Part shown: positions 10,165-20,016 of the stretch, one piece after another
Position numbering within the stretch: the stretch's first letter is position 1
Layout: every line of letters begins with the position of its first letter
From: Methanotrichaceae archaeon
Lineage (GTDB): Archaea > Halobacteriota > Methanosarcinia > Methanotrichales > Methanotrichaceae
Direction of reading: 5' to 3'
Length of the DNA: 64,000 nucleotides
Assembly (NCBI GenBank): GCA_963803145.1
Contig: CAWDLW010000042.1
Location: 32,001-96,000 of the forward strand
Program-made: the position numbers and the translations under genes
The notes under the pieces: model-generated
Database searches by the model: none
What the model saw: only the letters and a program-made list of their open reading frames with translations
Told to the model about the DNA's origin: nothing

Positions 10165-10524
10165 TCACAGCACACAATTGCTGCAATCCTGGCAGCTGCA
10201 CTCGATGTTGGTAATCTTCCATTTAAGAGCCCAGCGTTTCATATCCTTGATTATATCGATTATCTCAAGGCCGCTTTTTGTCAGAGCGTATTCGCTCTTA
10301 ACAGGAAATGATGTTTTATCTACTATATTCTCTATGAGCCCTTCTTTTTCTAGCTCCTTAAGTCGAATAGAAAGCACCTTTTGGGTAATGCCCTCCAGGC
10401 AATTCTTTAGCTCAGAAAAACGTCTTGTGTGCCCTTCACCCTTATATAGCTCTAAAAGGATCAACAGAGTCCATTTCCTTGCAATATACTTGACTGTCAA
10501 GTTCACAGTACATCCTTCCTGCAT
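10165..10524 (-). CDS. HxlR-family winged-helix regulator
   Basis: KWTLLIL, RFSEL, ITQKVLSIRLKELE, YALT; N-terminal Cys and Cys-rich tail. Confidence 0.88.
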   Translation of the reverse strand: MQEGCTVNLTVKYIARKWTLLILLELYKGEGHTRRFSELKNCLEGITQKVLSIRLKELEKEGLIENIVDKTSFPVKSEYALTKSGLEIIDIIKDMKRWALKWKITNIECSCQDCSNCVL

Positions 10525-10748
10525 GGTATACTTGTGGAAACATTCTAAGCTATATACTTTGGTATCTTTAGTATACTCGTGGCAGGGCAGAAACCCTGCT
10601 ACCGGATAAGAATGTGTTAGGCAGCCGGATAAGGCTGCAATAGCCTTGGATAAGGCTTTATTAAATTGAACATCTATGTAATAAACTTAGGAATGAAATT
10701 TCGTTAATTGATCCGGTTAGACTCTAAAAACCGATAAGGAGATACTAG

Positions 10749-12059
10749 ATGGCTGCCAAAGAGAAACCCGATATGTTCTGCTACCAGTGCTCTCAGACTG
10801 CGAGAGGAACTGGCTGCACCCTCAAAGGAGTATGTGGAAAAGAGGCTACTGTATCCCGATTGCAGGATAACCTGCTATTCGCTATTAAAGGCATTAGCGC
10901 CTATCTTTATCATGCGAGAGAGCTCGGGTATACTGATCCGGAGGTTGATGCCTTCATAGAAAAGGCCTTTTTCTCCACACTCACAAACGTGAATTTCGAC
11001 CCAGAATCATACATCCAGCTTGCTCTTGAAGCTGGAAAGATGAACATCAGGACAATGGAACTTCTCAAAAAGGCCCACATAGAAACCTTTGGTGAGCCGG
11101 TGCCAACGGATGTGTCGACAGGAACTGTGAAAGGACATGGAATTCTGGTCACAGGCCACGATCTAAAAGCGCTTCAAGAGCTTCTAAAGCAGGTTGAGGG
11201 AACAGATGTGATGGTGTATACACATTCAGAAATGCTTCCCGCTCACGGCTATCCGGGTTTAAAGAAGTACAAAAACCTGGTTGGAAATCTCGGCAAGGCA
11301 TGGTTTGACCAGAGGCAGCTATTCGAGAAGTATCCTATGGCAATCCTGGGAACTACCAATTGCTTCCTGATACCACGGGAGAGCTACCGTGACAGAATGT
11401 TCTCCATGGGTCCTGTCCAGCTTCCCGGCGTAAAGCACATCGAGGGGTATGATTACTCTCCCGTTATTGAGAAAGCTAAGTCGCTTCCAGAGCTAAAGGA
11501 TGAACCGGGAGAATATGTATTATCAACCGGCTTTTCGACATCAGTAGTCCTCTCCCTCAAAGACAAGATCAAGCAGCTTGTCCAGGAGGGCAAGATAAAG
11601 AGGTTCTTCCTCGTCGGAGGGTGTGATGCCCCTGGAACTAAGGGCAATTATTACCGCGAGTTTGTTCAGAAATTGCCCAAGGACACAATCATCCTTACAC
11701 TCGCATGCGGCAAATATAGGTTTAACGACATAGATTTCGGAAACATCGAGGGCATACCGCGCCTCATTGATCTTGGACAATGTAACGATGCTATTGTGGC
11801 TCTGGAACTGGCTCAAGCATTATCGAACCTGTTCGGCGTGAGCGTGAACGATCTGCCATTGACTTTGGTCATAAGCTGGATGGAGCAGAAGGCTGTGGCT
11901 ATCTTCTGGAGCCTTCTTGCGCTGGGGCTGAAGGGCATTTACCTGGGGCCGATTGTGCCTGCCTGGATCAATCAGGATATGCTGAATCTTCTTGTGGAGA
12001 AATACGATATTCGTTTGATAGGAAATCCTGAGGAGGATATCAAGAAGATGATAGGCTGA
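10749..12059 (+). CDS. hcp: Hybrid cluster protein (hydroxylamine reductase), short form
   Basis: [10 protein letters not shown]...[36 protein letters not shown]. Confidence 0.95.
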   Translation: MAAKEKPDMFCYQCSQTARGTGCTLKGVCGKEATVSRLQDNLLFAIKGISAYLYHARELGYTDPEVDAFIEKAFFSTLTNVNFDPESYIQLALEAGKMNIRTMELLKKAHIETFGEPVPTDVSTGTVKGHGILVTGHDLKALQELLKQVEGTDVMVYTHSEMLPAHGYPGLKKYKNLVGNLGKAWFDQRQLFEKYPMAILGTTNCFLIPRESYRDRMFSMGPVQLPGVKHIEGYDYSPVIEKAKSLPELKDEPGEYVLSTGFSTSVVLSLKDKIKQLVQEGKIKRFFLVGGCDAPGTKGNYYREFVQKLPKDTIILTLACGKYRFNDIDFGNIEGIPRLIDLGQCNDAIVALELAQALSNLFGVSVNDLPLTLVISWMEQKAVAIFWSLLALGLKGIYLGPIVPAWINQDMLNLLVEKYDIRLIGNPEEDIKKMIG

Positions 12060-12073
12060 AAGTACTAGCACAA

Positions 12074-12107
12074 AGGCGGTATTTGGCCGCCTAACAAATG
12101 CTTTTTT
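12074..12107 (+). terminator. Hairpin plus T-tract after hcp
   Basis: AGGCGG..CCGCCT followed by TTTTTT. Confidence 0.5.
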
Positions 12108-12114
12108 ATTAGAA

Positions 12115-12336
12115 CCTTAACTCCGCACAATAGGGAATAAGAAAATCGCAGAAAATGAGGTTCTAGCGGCCTATTATTGATAAATTAATTTGCAAAATAG
12201 TTATTCCCTAATATGGGATACAACAAAGTGGCCACTTGAAGTCTCCTTAGGATGCCAGACCCCCGAATGCTATTGATTCTAGGATAATATGTCATAAGGA
12301 ATTTATATACTTATTCCCCAACTATCGGAGTTAAGG
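12115..12336. mobile_element. MITE (non-autonomous IS derivative, possibly IS1634-like)
   Basis: TIR CCTTAACTCCG/CGGAGTTAAGG extending imperfectly to GGGAATAA; direct repeat TTAGAA at 12109-12114 and 12337-12342; no ORF. Confidence 0.75.
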
Positions 12337-12393
12337 TTAGAATTCGCGAAGGTTTTTTATATGGTTCCTAACTGGCCGTCTCTCACTACTGTC

Positions 12394-12569
12394 GCCGAGC
12401 TTCAGCTATCATCGGCCGAAGGCTTCTTAAGCCCTCGCCATTCGAATTTGAAATCTTCGAATCGCGGTCTATTTCAATGGCTACAACAGCGATCTATTTG
12501 CAAGCCAGACCGAACCACAAGAGACAGGCATATCAAAAAGCGGGGTTTGATGATCTACTGAAGCTCGGC
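12394..12569. ncRNA. Candidate structured multibranch RNA
   Basis: Perfect 12-bp closing stem GCCGAGCTTCAG/CTGAAGCTCGGC, continued by ATCATC/GATGAT; three internal hairpins; TTTATA at about 12356. Confidence 0.5.
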
Positions 12570-12635
12570 TGAATAATCTACATCTTTATACATTCATGAA
12601 ATATGCTGGGATCTCATTCCCCTGCATCATTTCTC

Positions 12636-13454
12636 TTATAATGCTTTCTCGGTAAATAGAACAGCTCTACTATGGTAATAATCAAACAGCTCCCTGCCCC
12701 ATCTAACGGCACTCTCGCCCACACAAATCATATCCTTAGTCAAATCATAGCTCCCATCAAGCTCGAACAAACCCAAGGACAGGATCTTGTCAGTAACTGT
12801 AAACGCTACTTTTACGTCATCTCTTATGGTGTAAAGCTCGAAGTTGTCATATTTAAGCAACTCAAGCGGTCTCGGATCAACCGCAAGGATCTTTCTTAAT
12901 ACGTTCTCAGTCAATATGAGTTGCGCAGGCTTGCCTGCTTTTACCAGGGCGATAACCAAATCTACGTGACCTGGAGCTATAATGGGAGATACTCCCTGAA
13001 ATATAGTCGCCTTAGAGATCTCTTGGAGAAAGTTCTCATGAGGTTTGAGAAGATCTATTTCATCGGCCATTATTATCTTGGATTCCGATAGCATACTTAT
13101 CTTTTGCAACAGCTCTGCAGGTATACCCCTTATATCATGGTTGAGCCAGAACTCTTTTTTTTGGACTAAAACAGACAGGCTCAATATCGTGTTTTTTAGG
13201 ACTAGAGCTTGGAGATAACCGAGCGGTGTTAGATGATATAAGCCCTTACTTGTCCTAACGATCATATCATCATCGATCAGTTCTTTAAGAGCATGAGCTG
13301 TACTGGTTTCCCTGACATCCATCCGTTTTGAGAGTTCTGCGTTTCCTGCCTCACCATTCAGCAAATACAGTAGGATCTTTGATCTAATGCTCGATCTCAC
13401 TGCCGCCTTCAATTGGGGTTCTGCATCTTCCCAAGCTTCAACATCGCTTGACAC
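12636..13454 (-). CDS. ArsR-like wHTH regulator with DUF1724 (FilR1-middle-like) domain
   Basis: N-terminal HTH, FWLNHDIRGIP, LSLGLFELDGSYD, WGRELFDYY. Confidence 0.85.
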   Translation of the reverse strand: MSSDVEAWEDAEPQLKAAVRSSIRSKILLYLLNGEAGNAELSKRMDVRETSTAHALKELIDDDMIVRTSKGLYHLTPLGYLQALVLKNTILSLSVLVQKKEFWLNHDIRGIPAELLQKISMLSESKIIMADEIDLLKPHENFLQEISKATIFQGVSPIIAPGHVDLVIALVKAGKPAQLILTENVLRKILAVDPRPLELLKYDNFELYTIRDDVKVAFTVTDKILSLGLFELDGSYDLTKDMICVGESAVRWGRELFDYYHSRAVLFTEKAL

Positions 13455-13642
13455 GACGAAAATCGATTATCGTTTATGATATACTTATCGCGTTAAGCGA
13501 ATATTATAAATCTCCATTATCATCATCGTTTGCTATATCTCCTAGACCTTTGACGTCGGTTAACTTGACCCCGAGTACACAGCTACCTGGGCGATCAACA
13601 AGCCTAAATAAGCGGTTAGTCATGATTAATAGCGATCGAAGT

Positions 13643-14512
13643 ATGGAGCTAACACCTATTCAAAGAGATATATTGACTGCGCTGATAAACATTTACCGCA
13701 GAGATAACCGCGCGGTCAAAGGCGAGGAGATCGCTGAGATTATAGACCGCAACCCTGGCACTATAAGGAACCAGATGCAATCTCTGAAGGCGCTAAGCTT
13801 AGTGGAGGGCGTGCCGGGACCCAAAGGAGGCTATAAGGCTACAGGTTCAGCCTATCAGGCTCTCAACCTCGATACTGCGGGTGATGCAGTCACACCTATT
13901 ATGAAGAACGGAATTGTAGTCGATGGGGCTACCGCTAACGAAATTGTCTTTGATAAAGTCATGAAATCCAATGAATGCGATGGAACTGTGCGCATAATTG
14001 GCGACATCAGGGGCTTCAACATAGGCGATGAGATAAGGATTGGGCCCACACCAGTGAATAAGCTCTACATTCGCGGGACTATCGCAGCCAGAGACGATAC
14101 TATGTCCAGACTTATGTTCCACGTATCCGAGATAATTTCGGTGCCGAGGATTACCATCAAGGAGGTGGCGCAGCCTGCAGTCCATATCAACCCCAATGCA
14201 TCACTCCAAGAAACGGCTAGGATACTTATACGCAATGGGGTTCAGGGGGCATTAGTTGATGAGAGCTCTCCCGGCCTAATCAGCATGACCGATATAGCCA
14301 GGGCCATAGCGGATGATCGTAAAGAAATAAAAGTCAGTGAGATTACGACCCGCAGCTTCTTGACAATCGATTCCAAGGAACTCATCTATGAAGCTGTAAA
14401 GGTTTTAGGAAGGAATGACTTGAGCCAGCTTGTAGTAACAGACTCTGGAATGCCTTGGGGGATCATCACCGCAGCAGATCTAGTTCGCATTCTAGCTCCT
14501 ATCCGATCATAA
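13643..14512 (+). CDS. HTH (HrcA-like) plus CBS-domain transcriptional regulator
   Basis: MELTPIQRDIL..GEEIAE..RNPGTIRNQMQSLKAL..GPKGGY; C-terminal CBS pair. Confidence 0.88.
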   Translation: MELTPIQRDILTALINIYRRDNRAVKGEEIAEIIDRNPGTIRNQMQSLKALSLVEGVPGPKGGYKATGSAYQALNLDTAGDAVTPIMKNGIVVDGATANEIVFDKVMKSNECDGTVRIIGDIRGFNIGDEIRIGPTPVNKLYIRGTIAARDDTMSRLMFHVSEIISVPRITIKEVAQPAVHINPNASLQETARILIRNGVQGALVDESSPGLISMTDIARAIADDRKEIKVSEITTRSFLTIDSKELIYEAVKVLGRNDLSQLVVTDSGMPWGIITAADLVRILAPIRS

Positions 14513-14593
14513 TGATGCTGCGGATATCTCTAGAGAGCTAATAGAGTCAGATTATACCGTCAATTCTAAATAGTAATCAATGATAATACGTTT

Positions 14594-14715
14594 TGAGGCG
14601 GGAAAGCAAGATCAGATCGTTGTCGACCGTGTAGCGGTCATATGATGACGGGTCCCCGTAAAAAGGGCGCTGAGAAAAAGTTGGCGCTGATCTTGCGTAT
14701 GCCTCACTTGCTTTT
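14594..14715 (+). ncRNA. Candidate multibranch small RNA
   Basis: TGAGGC/GCCTCA plus 10-bp GCAAGATCAG/CTGATCTTGC closing stems, internal arms, CTAAATA upstream, TTTT downstream. Confidence 0.45.
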
Positions 14716-14787
14716 GAAAGCATCTTTAGTAACTTAAATACTTAGCATCATTATGGAAATCTTTATATTCGTCAAATGACGTATTAT

Positions 14788-14868
14788 TATTGGGCAAAGG
14801 TCGGTACAGTCTCCTCCCACACTAAGACTTTTCTAGGACTTTTGCCTCCTTATCCCAATTTCGTTTTT
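14788..14868 (+). ncRNA. Candidate small RNA, apparent homologue of the 4791 element
   Basis: TTTATATTC at 14762; stem GGGCAAAGGTC/GACTTTTGCCT; inner AGTCT/AGACT with loop CCTCCCACACTA; T-tract after. Confidence 0.55.
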
Positions 14869-15060
14869 GATGCATAGTTGGTGAAGCGTCTTCATAATTT
14901 TTCTCAACAAATTTTATTGTTCCAGCCATTGACAGAATTGACCAGAAGGCTTGAAAGAGAGTTTATATTGGATGACGGATTCGAAGGTTTGATATGAGAT
15001 GGCCCTTTCTTAAGGCGTCTTTGTGTAATATTACTATTATTGGAACTAGCGTGGGATTCT

Positions 15061-15342
15061 ATGATCACAAGGGAAGATGTGGAGCACATAAGCTGGCTTG
15101 CCAGCATCAAGATCGATGATGAAGAGAAGGATGAGTTAGTGGATCAGTTCAACTCCATCTTGGACTATTTCCACCAGCTTGACGAAGTTGATACAGAGGG
15201 CATAGAGCCCACCTATCGCGTAGTTGATCTATCGAACATATTCAGAGATGATGCCGCCTGCAAATCGCTCTCCCAGGATGAGGCACTTAAGAATGCGCCC
15301 AGGCGTGAAGATGGCTACTTCAAGAGCCCAAGGATTGTGTGA
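15061..15342 (+). CDS. gatC: Asp/Glu-tRNA amidotransferase subunit C
   Basis: MITREDVEHISWLA..LDEVDT..NAP..GYFKSPRI; adjacent to gatA. Confidence 0.95.
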   Translation: MITREDVEHISWLASIKIDDEEKDELVDQFNSILDYFHQLDEVDTEGIEPTYRVVDLSNIFRDDAACKSLSQDEALKNAPRREDGYFKSPRIV

Positions 15343-16757
15343 ATATGCTAACAGAGTTGAAAGAGCATCTTTTGGCGGGGTCGGCAGAGGAGTATCTAAG
15401 TAAGCTCTTTGATAAAATTGAGCACAGCAAGCTTAATGCCTTCACGACCTTGGCAAAGGAGAGTGCTTTTAAAAGAGCAAGGGAATTTGATAAAAAGCCC
15501 TGGGGCGGTCTAATGGCTGGAATCCCTATCGCAATCAAGGAGTGCATCTCCACCCAAGGGATAGAGAGCAACTGCAGCTCAAGGATTTTAAGAGGATATG
15601 TTCCGCCTTACGACGCACATGTTATAGAGAGGCTGAAGGCAGAGGGCGCAATCATCATGGGCAAGACAAATATGGATGAATTTGCCATGGGCACGTCTAC
15701 TGAGACCAGCTGCTTTGGACCAACAAGAAACCCTTGGGATCCACTTTGCGTCCCCGGAGGCTCAAGCGGAGGGAGCGCAGCAGCAGTTGCTGGTGGCGAG
15801 GCGCCGTGCTCACTCGGCTCTGATACCGGCGGATCTGTCCGCTGTCCCGCATCATTCTGCGGAATTGTCGGCTTGAAGCCGACCTACGGCCTGGTCTCGC
15901 GTTTCGGGCTCATCGCATATGCCAACTCTCTTGAGCAGATCGGTCCCCTCACGAACACCGTTGAGGATACAGCACTGCTAATGGAGATTATCGCAGGCCA
16001 TGACTGGAGAGATTCAACATCTGCCGAGAAGGGAAATTATCTTCCCGACCTTAAAAAGGGAATTAAAGGCCTGAAGATAGGCATTCCAAAAGAGTACTTC
16101 GGCGAGGGCGTAGATAAAAGTGTAGAAAAGGCCGTTTGGGATGCCGTTTCGACAATGGAAAGCCTTGGAGCTAGCTGGCAAGAAGTTAGCCTGCCCCATA
16201 CGAAGTATGCTCTGTCAGCTTATTACATCATTGCCATGAGCGAAGCATCATCAAACCTTGCGCGTTTCGATGGCCTTCGTTACGGCTTGCGCATCGGTGA
16301 AGACAAGGATTGGCATACAACCTTCTCAGAGATCAGATCTCAGGGCTTTGGGCCTGAGGTCAAGAGACGCATTCTACTCGGAACCTATGCCCTGTCAGCA
16401 GGCTATTATGGACGGTATTATCTCAAGGCGCTCAAGGTTAGAACTCTAATAAAGAACGATTTCCAGAAGGTCTTCAAGGATGTGGATATCGTGGCATCTC
16501 CAACTATGCCTCTTCCGGCATTCAAAATAGGCGAGCGAATAAACGATCCGCTATCACTCTACATGGCAGATGTATTTACAGTCCCAATCAATCTGGCTGG
16601 GGTTCCAGCGATATCAGTACCATGCGGGTTTGCGGGCAATTTGCCCATTGGGCTGCAACTTATTGGCAAGCACTTCGGTGAGGATACAGTACTTCAGGCT
16701 GCCCATGCTTATGAGGCTGCTACCCCTTATCACCTCCAGAAACCGGAGGCGATTTGA
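15339..16757 (+). CDS. gatA: Asp/Glu-tRNA amidotransferase subunit A
   Basis: Amidase signature GGSSGGS, GSDTGGSVR, SSNLARFDG. Confidence 0.97.
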   Translation: MNMLTELKEHLLAGSAEEYLSKLFDKIEHSKLNAFTTLAKESAFKRAREFDKKPWGGLMAGIPIAIKECISTQGIESNCSSRILRGYVPPYDAHVIERLKAEGAIIMGKTNMDEFAMGTSTETSCFGPTRNPWDPLCVPGGSSGGSAAAVAGGEAPCSLGSDTGGSVRCPASFCGIVGLKPTYGLVSRFGLIAYANSLEQIGPLTNTVEDTALLMEIIAGHDWRDSTSAEKGNYLPDLKKGIKGLKIGIPKEYFGEGVDKSVEKAVWDAVSTMESLGASWQEVSLPHTKYALSAYYIIAMSEASSNLARFDGLRYGLRIGEDKDWHTTFSEIRSQGFGPEVKRRILLGTYALSAGYYGRYYLKALKVRTLIKNDFQKVFKDVDIVASPTMPLPAFKIGERINDPLSLYMADVFTVPINLAGVPAISVPCGFAGNLPIGLQLIGKHFGEDTVLQAAHAYEAATPYHLQKPEAI

Positions 16758-18170
16758 ATGGGAGATGTAATAATAGGGCTTGAGGCTCACGTACAGATGA
16801 ATAAGCTGAACTCAAAGCTCTTCTGCGGATGCTCGACCAAATATCACAACGACGAGCCAAACACGCATACCTGTCCTGTGTGCCTTGGCCTTCCCGGCTC
16901 ACTTCCAGTGCTGAATCGCAGGGCTGTGGAATACGGCATTAAAGTTGGATTGGCATTGAACTGCACCATCGAGGAAGAGACGCTCTTCTACAGGAAGAAC
17001 TACTACTATCCCGATCTTCCAAAGGGCTTCCAGATAAGCCAGTATGATTATCCTCTTGCCACACACGGCCACCTCCTGATCAAGGGTGAAGATGGAATAG
17101 AGAGAGAAATCAGAATCACCCGGGCTCATATGGAGGAAGATCCAGGCAGGCTGGTGCACGCAGGAACCATAGATAAGGCGAAATACACCCTTGTGGACTA
17201 CAACCGCTGCGGAATGCCGCTTCTTGAGGTAGTAACTGAGCCAGACCTTCGGTCTCCCAAGGAGGCACGCGCATATCTGGATAAGCTGCGAAGCATACTG
17301 GAATATCTTGATGTCTTCGATGGAAGCCTCGAGGGCGCTATGCGAGTGGATGCGAATATATCACTTGCAGGCGGCGATAGAACCGAGGTCAAGAACATCT
17401 CCAGCTTCAAAGGTGTCGAGAAGGCATTATCATACGAGATCACACGCCAGAGGAACCTTAAGCGCAGAAATATCAAGGTCGTTCAGGAGACAAGGCACTT
17501 CGATGAGATCAGGAACTTAACCGTCTCCATCAGATCGAAGGAGGAGGCTCACGACTACCGCTACTTCCCAGAGCCTGATCTAGTGCCGATGCATATCGCG
17601 GATTGGGTGCCAGCGATAAAGGCCACGCTTCCAGAGCTACCCGACTCAAAACGTGCGCGCTTCATATCCCAGTATGGCATCACCGACGATCACGCAAAAT
17701 CGTTGATATCCGAGATAAAGGTCGCAAACTTCTATGAGAATGTAGCCGCAACCACACCGCCAAAGCTCGCTGCCGTCTGGATCGCCGATGTTCTCAAGGG
17801 CGAGCTGAACTATCGCAATATGACCATAGATCGCTTCAGTCCTGGTCACATGGCCGAGATCCTAAGCATGCTTTCTTCGGGCAGGATAGCAGAGGACGGA
17901 GCGGTGGAGATAATACGCTCAATTCTTGATAAAGGCGGCTCTCCCGATGAAATAATCAAGGCCCAGGGCCTCGGCAAAGCAGAGAATGAAACTGTGCAGA
18001 AGGCTGTTCGTGAGGCCGTTCTGGAATGTACTGCTGCCGTGGAGGACTACAGGAAGGGAAGCCCGAGGGCATTGAACTACATCGTCGGCCAGGTGATGAA
18101 GAAGACAAAAGGCCAGGCGGATCCTGGCGAGGTTCACAGATTGGTGGAGGCGGAGGTAGATAAGCTCTAG
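16758..18170 (+). CDS. gatB: Asp/Glu-tRNA amidotransferase subunit B
   Basis: IGLEAHVQ, RKNYYYPDLPK, DYRYFPEPDL. Confidence 0.97.
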   Translation: MGDVIIGLEAHVQMNKLNSKLFCGCSTKYHNDEPNTHTCPVCLGLPGSLPVLNRRAVEYGIKVGLALNCTIEEETLFYRKNYYYPDLPKGFQISQYDYPLATHGHLLIKGEDGIEREIRITRAHMEEDPGRLVHAGTIDKAKYTLVDYNRCGMPLLEVVTEPDLRSPKEARAYLDKLRSILEYLDVFDGSLEGAMRVDANISLAGGDRTEVKNISSFKGVEKALSYEITRQRNLKRRNIKVVQETRHFDEIRNLTVSIRSKEEAHDYRYFPEPDLVPMHIADWVPAIKATLPELPDSKRARFISQYGITDDHAKSLISEIKVANFYENVAATTPPKLAAVWIADVLKGELNYRNMTIDRFSPGHMAEILSMLSSGRIAEDGAVEIIRSILDKGGSPDEIIKAQGLGKAENETVQKAVREAVLECTAAVEDYRKGSPRALNYIVGQVMKKTKGQADPGEVHRLVEAEVDKL

Positions 18171-18264
18171 AGAGATTACCTCTGAACTTTTTTATATTTT
18201 GTTGACATGCGATCGATTCTTTTTTATTCAACCCGGGTATTCATTCCCACCAGGTTGATCATCA

Positions 18265-19569
18265 ATGTCAGGTTATTGGGACCCCCATATTGAAAGGATG
18301 CCTGCAGAGGACTTACATACTCTGCAGGAGGATCGCCTTAAGTCGATAGTGCGCTATGTTTATGACCATTCTGCTTTCTACAGGCAGAGGTTCAAGTCTG
18401 CAGGGATCGAGCCCGGGGACATAAAAAGCCTTAGTGATATCACAAAGTTGCCATTCACCCGCAAGGTCGATCTGCGAGATACTTATCCTACAGGCATGTT
18501 CAGCGCCCCAAAAAGCGAGGTTGTGAGATACCACGTATCCAGCGGCACAACAGGAAAGCCTACAGTAGTCGGTTACACTAAAGGCGATATCGAGGCATGG
18601 TCGGATTCTCTGGCGAGAGCACTTACATCCGTTGGCCTTGGACGCGATGATACAATGCAAGTTGCCTATGGCTACGGTCTCTTCACAGGCGGCCTTGGAC
18701 TCCACTATGGAGCTGAGCGCATAGGTGCCGCTGTACTGCCAGTTGGAACCGGCAATACAGAGCGTCAAATTGAGCTCATGCAGGATCTGGGGACTACTGC
18801 CATAGCCTGCACGCCATCGTATTTCCAGCACATTATGGAAACGGCAGAGAAGATGGGCGTCTCCATAAAAGATGATACATTGCTCAAGACAGGTATATTC
18901 GGGGCTGAGCCCTGGTCGCTTGAGACGCGAAAGCGCATCGAGAACGCAACAGGAATAAATGCCTATGATATTTATGGAACGAGCGAGATCAGTGGTCCTC
19001 TCTTCACTGAGTGCCTTCAAAAGAACGGCATACATATTTGGGGAGACATGTTCCTGACAGAGGTCATAGATCCCAAAACTGGTGAGCCCGTGGAAGATGG
19101 AGAGCGAGGTGAACTTGTATTCACTACGTTGAATAAGTTTGCACTACCTCTGATAAGGTACAGGATAGGTGATCTCTCAGTCCTTGATAGCGAGCCTTGT
19201 GAGTGCGGCCGTACACATCCGAGGATAATGAGGATTCTTGGAAGGACGGATGATATGCTCATCATTCGTGGAATCAACGTCTTCCCAAGCCAAGTCGAGT
19301 CTGTGTTGATGAATATCCCGGAGGTTGGAGATCACTGGCAGATACTTGTGGACAGGCAGGGATCGCTGGATAATATGACCGTGCGCGTCGAGCTTACGGA
19401 ATCAGGGTTCAGTGATAAAATCGGCGACTTGATGAAGCTCAAGAAAAAGGTTTCAAAGGAGTTAAAAGGCGTGCTGAATATAGCTGCTGAGGTTGACTTG
19501 GTCGAGGCGGGAACGATTCCTCGATCAGAGGGCAAGGCCAAGAGAGTTATCGATAAGAGAAAGGTGTAA
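18265..19569 (+). CDS. paaK: Phenylacetate-CoA ligase family protein
   Basis: SSGTTGKP, YGLFTGGLG, GAEPW, GRTDDMLIIRGINVFPSQVE. Confidence 0.9.
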   Translation: MSGYWDPHIERMPAEDLHTLQEDRLKSIVRYVYDHSAFYRQRFKSAGIEPGDIKSLSDITKLPFTRKVDLRDTYPTGMFSAPKSEVVRYHVSSGTTGKPTVVGYTKGDIEAWSDSLARALTSVGLGRDDTMQVAYGYGLFTGGLGLHYGAERIGAAVLPVGTGNTERQIELMQDLGTTAIACTPSYFQHIMETAEKMGVSIKDDTLLKTGIFGAEPWSLETRKRIENATGINAYDIYGTSEISGPLFTECLQKNGIHIWGDMFLTEVIDPKTGEPVEDGERGELVFTTLNKFALPLIRYRIGDLSVLDSEPCECGRTHPRIMRILGRTDDMLIIRGINVFPSQVESVLMNIPEVGDHWQILVDRQGSLDNMTVRVELTESGFSDKIGDLMKLKKKVSKELKGVLNIAAEVDLVEAGTIPRSEGKAKRVIDKRKV

Positions 19570-19575
19570 GGAGGG

Positions 19576-20016
19576 ATGGTAGTGGCAGAGATTAAGCAGC
19601 TATCGCTGTTTGTTGAGAACAGGCCTGGGCGGATGGCAAAGGTTTCTAAGACCTTATCGGATGCAGGCGTGAATATAAGAGCCATGACTATAGCAGAGGC
19701 AGGAGATTTTGGAGTTATAAGGATGGTCGTGGATGACCCGGAGATGGGCTACAAAGTGCTACACGATAATGGCTTCACAGTTTCCACGACCGACGTCCTG
19801 ACGGTCGAGATGAAGGATACGCCCGGAGGTCTCTACGAGATCGTGAATACCCTTGGGGAGAACAATATCAACGTCGATTATGCATATGCCTTTGTTACAG
19901 CAAAGGCCCAGAAAGCGATGCTTATACTCAGGGTGGATGATATAGCCAAAGCTAGACAGGTGCTGAGTGCAAAAGGCGTAAAGATTGCGACGAAAGAGGA
20001 GATCCAGGCAATTTAA
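19576..20016 (+). CDS. Tandem ACT-domain protein
   Basis: QLSLFVENRPG..NIRA..DTPGGL; usual partner of paaK. Confidence 0.9.
   Translation: MVVAEIKQLSLFVENRPGRMAKVSKTLSDAGVNIRAMTIAEAGDFGVIRMVVDDPEMGYKVLHDNGFTVSTTDVLTVEMKDTPGGLYEIVNTLGENNINVDYAYAFVTAKAQKAMLILRVDDIAKARQVLSAKGVKIATKEEIQAI

Noticed and set aside
12500-12530. Cobalamin riboswitch B12 box (AAGCCAG)
   Set aside because: The other conserved elements of the aptamer are absent
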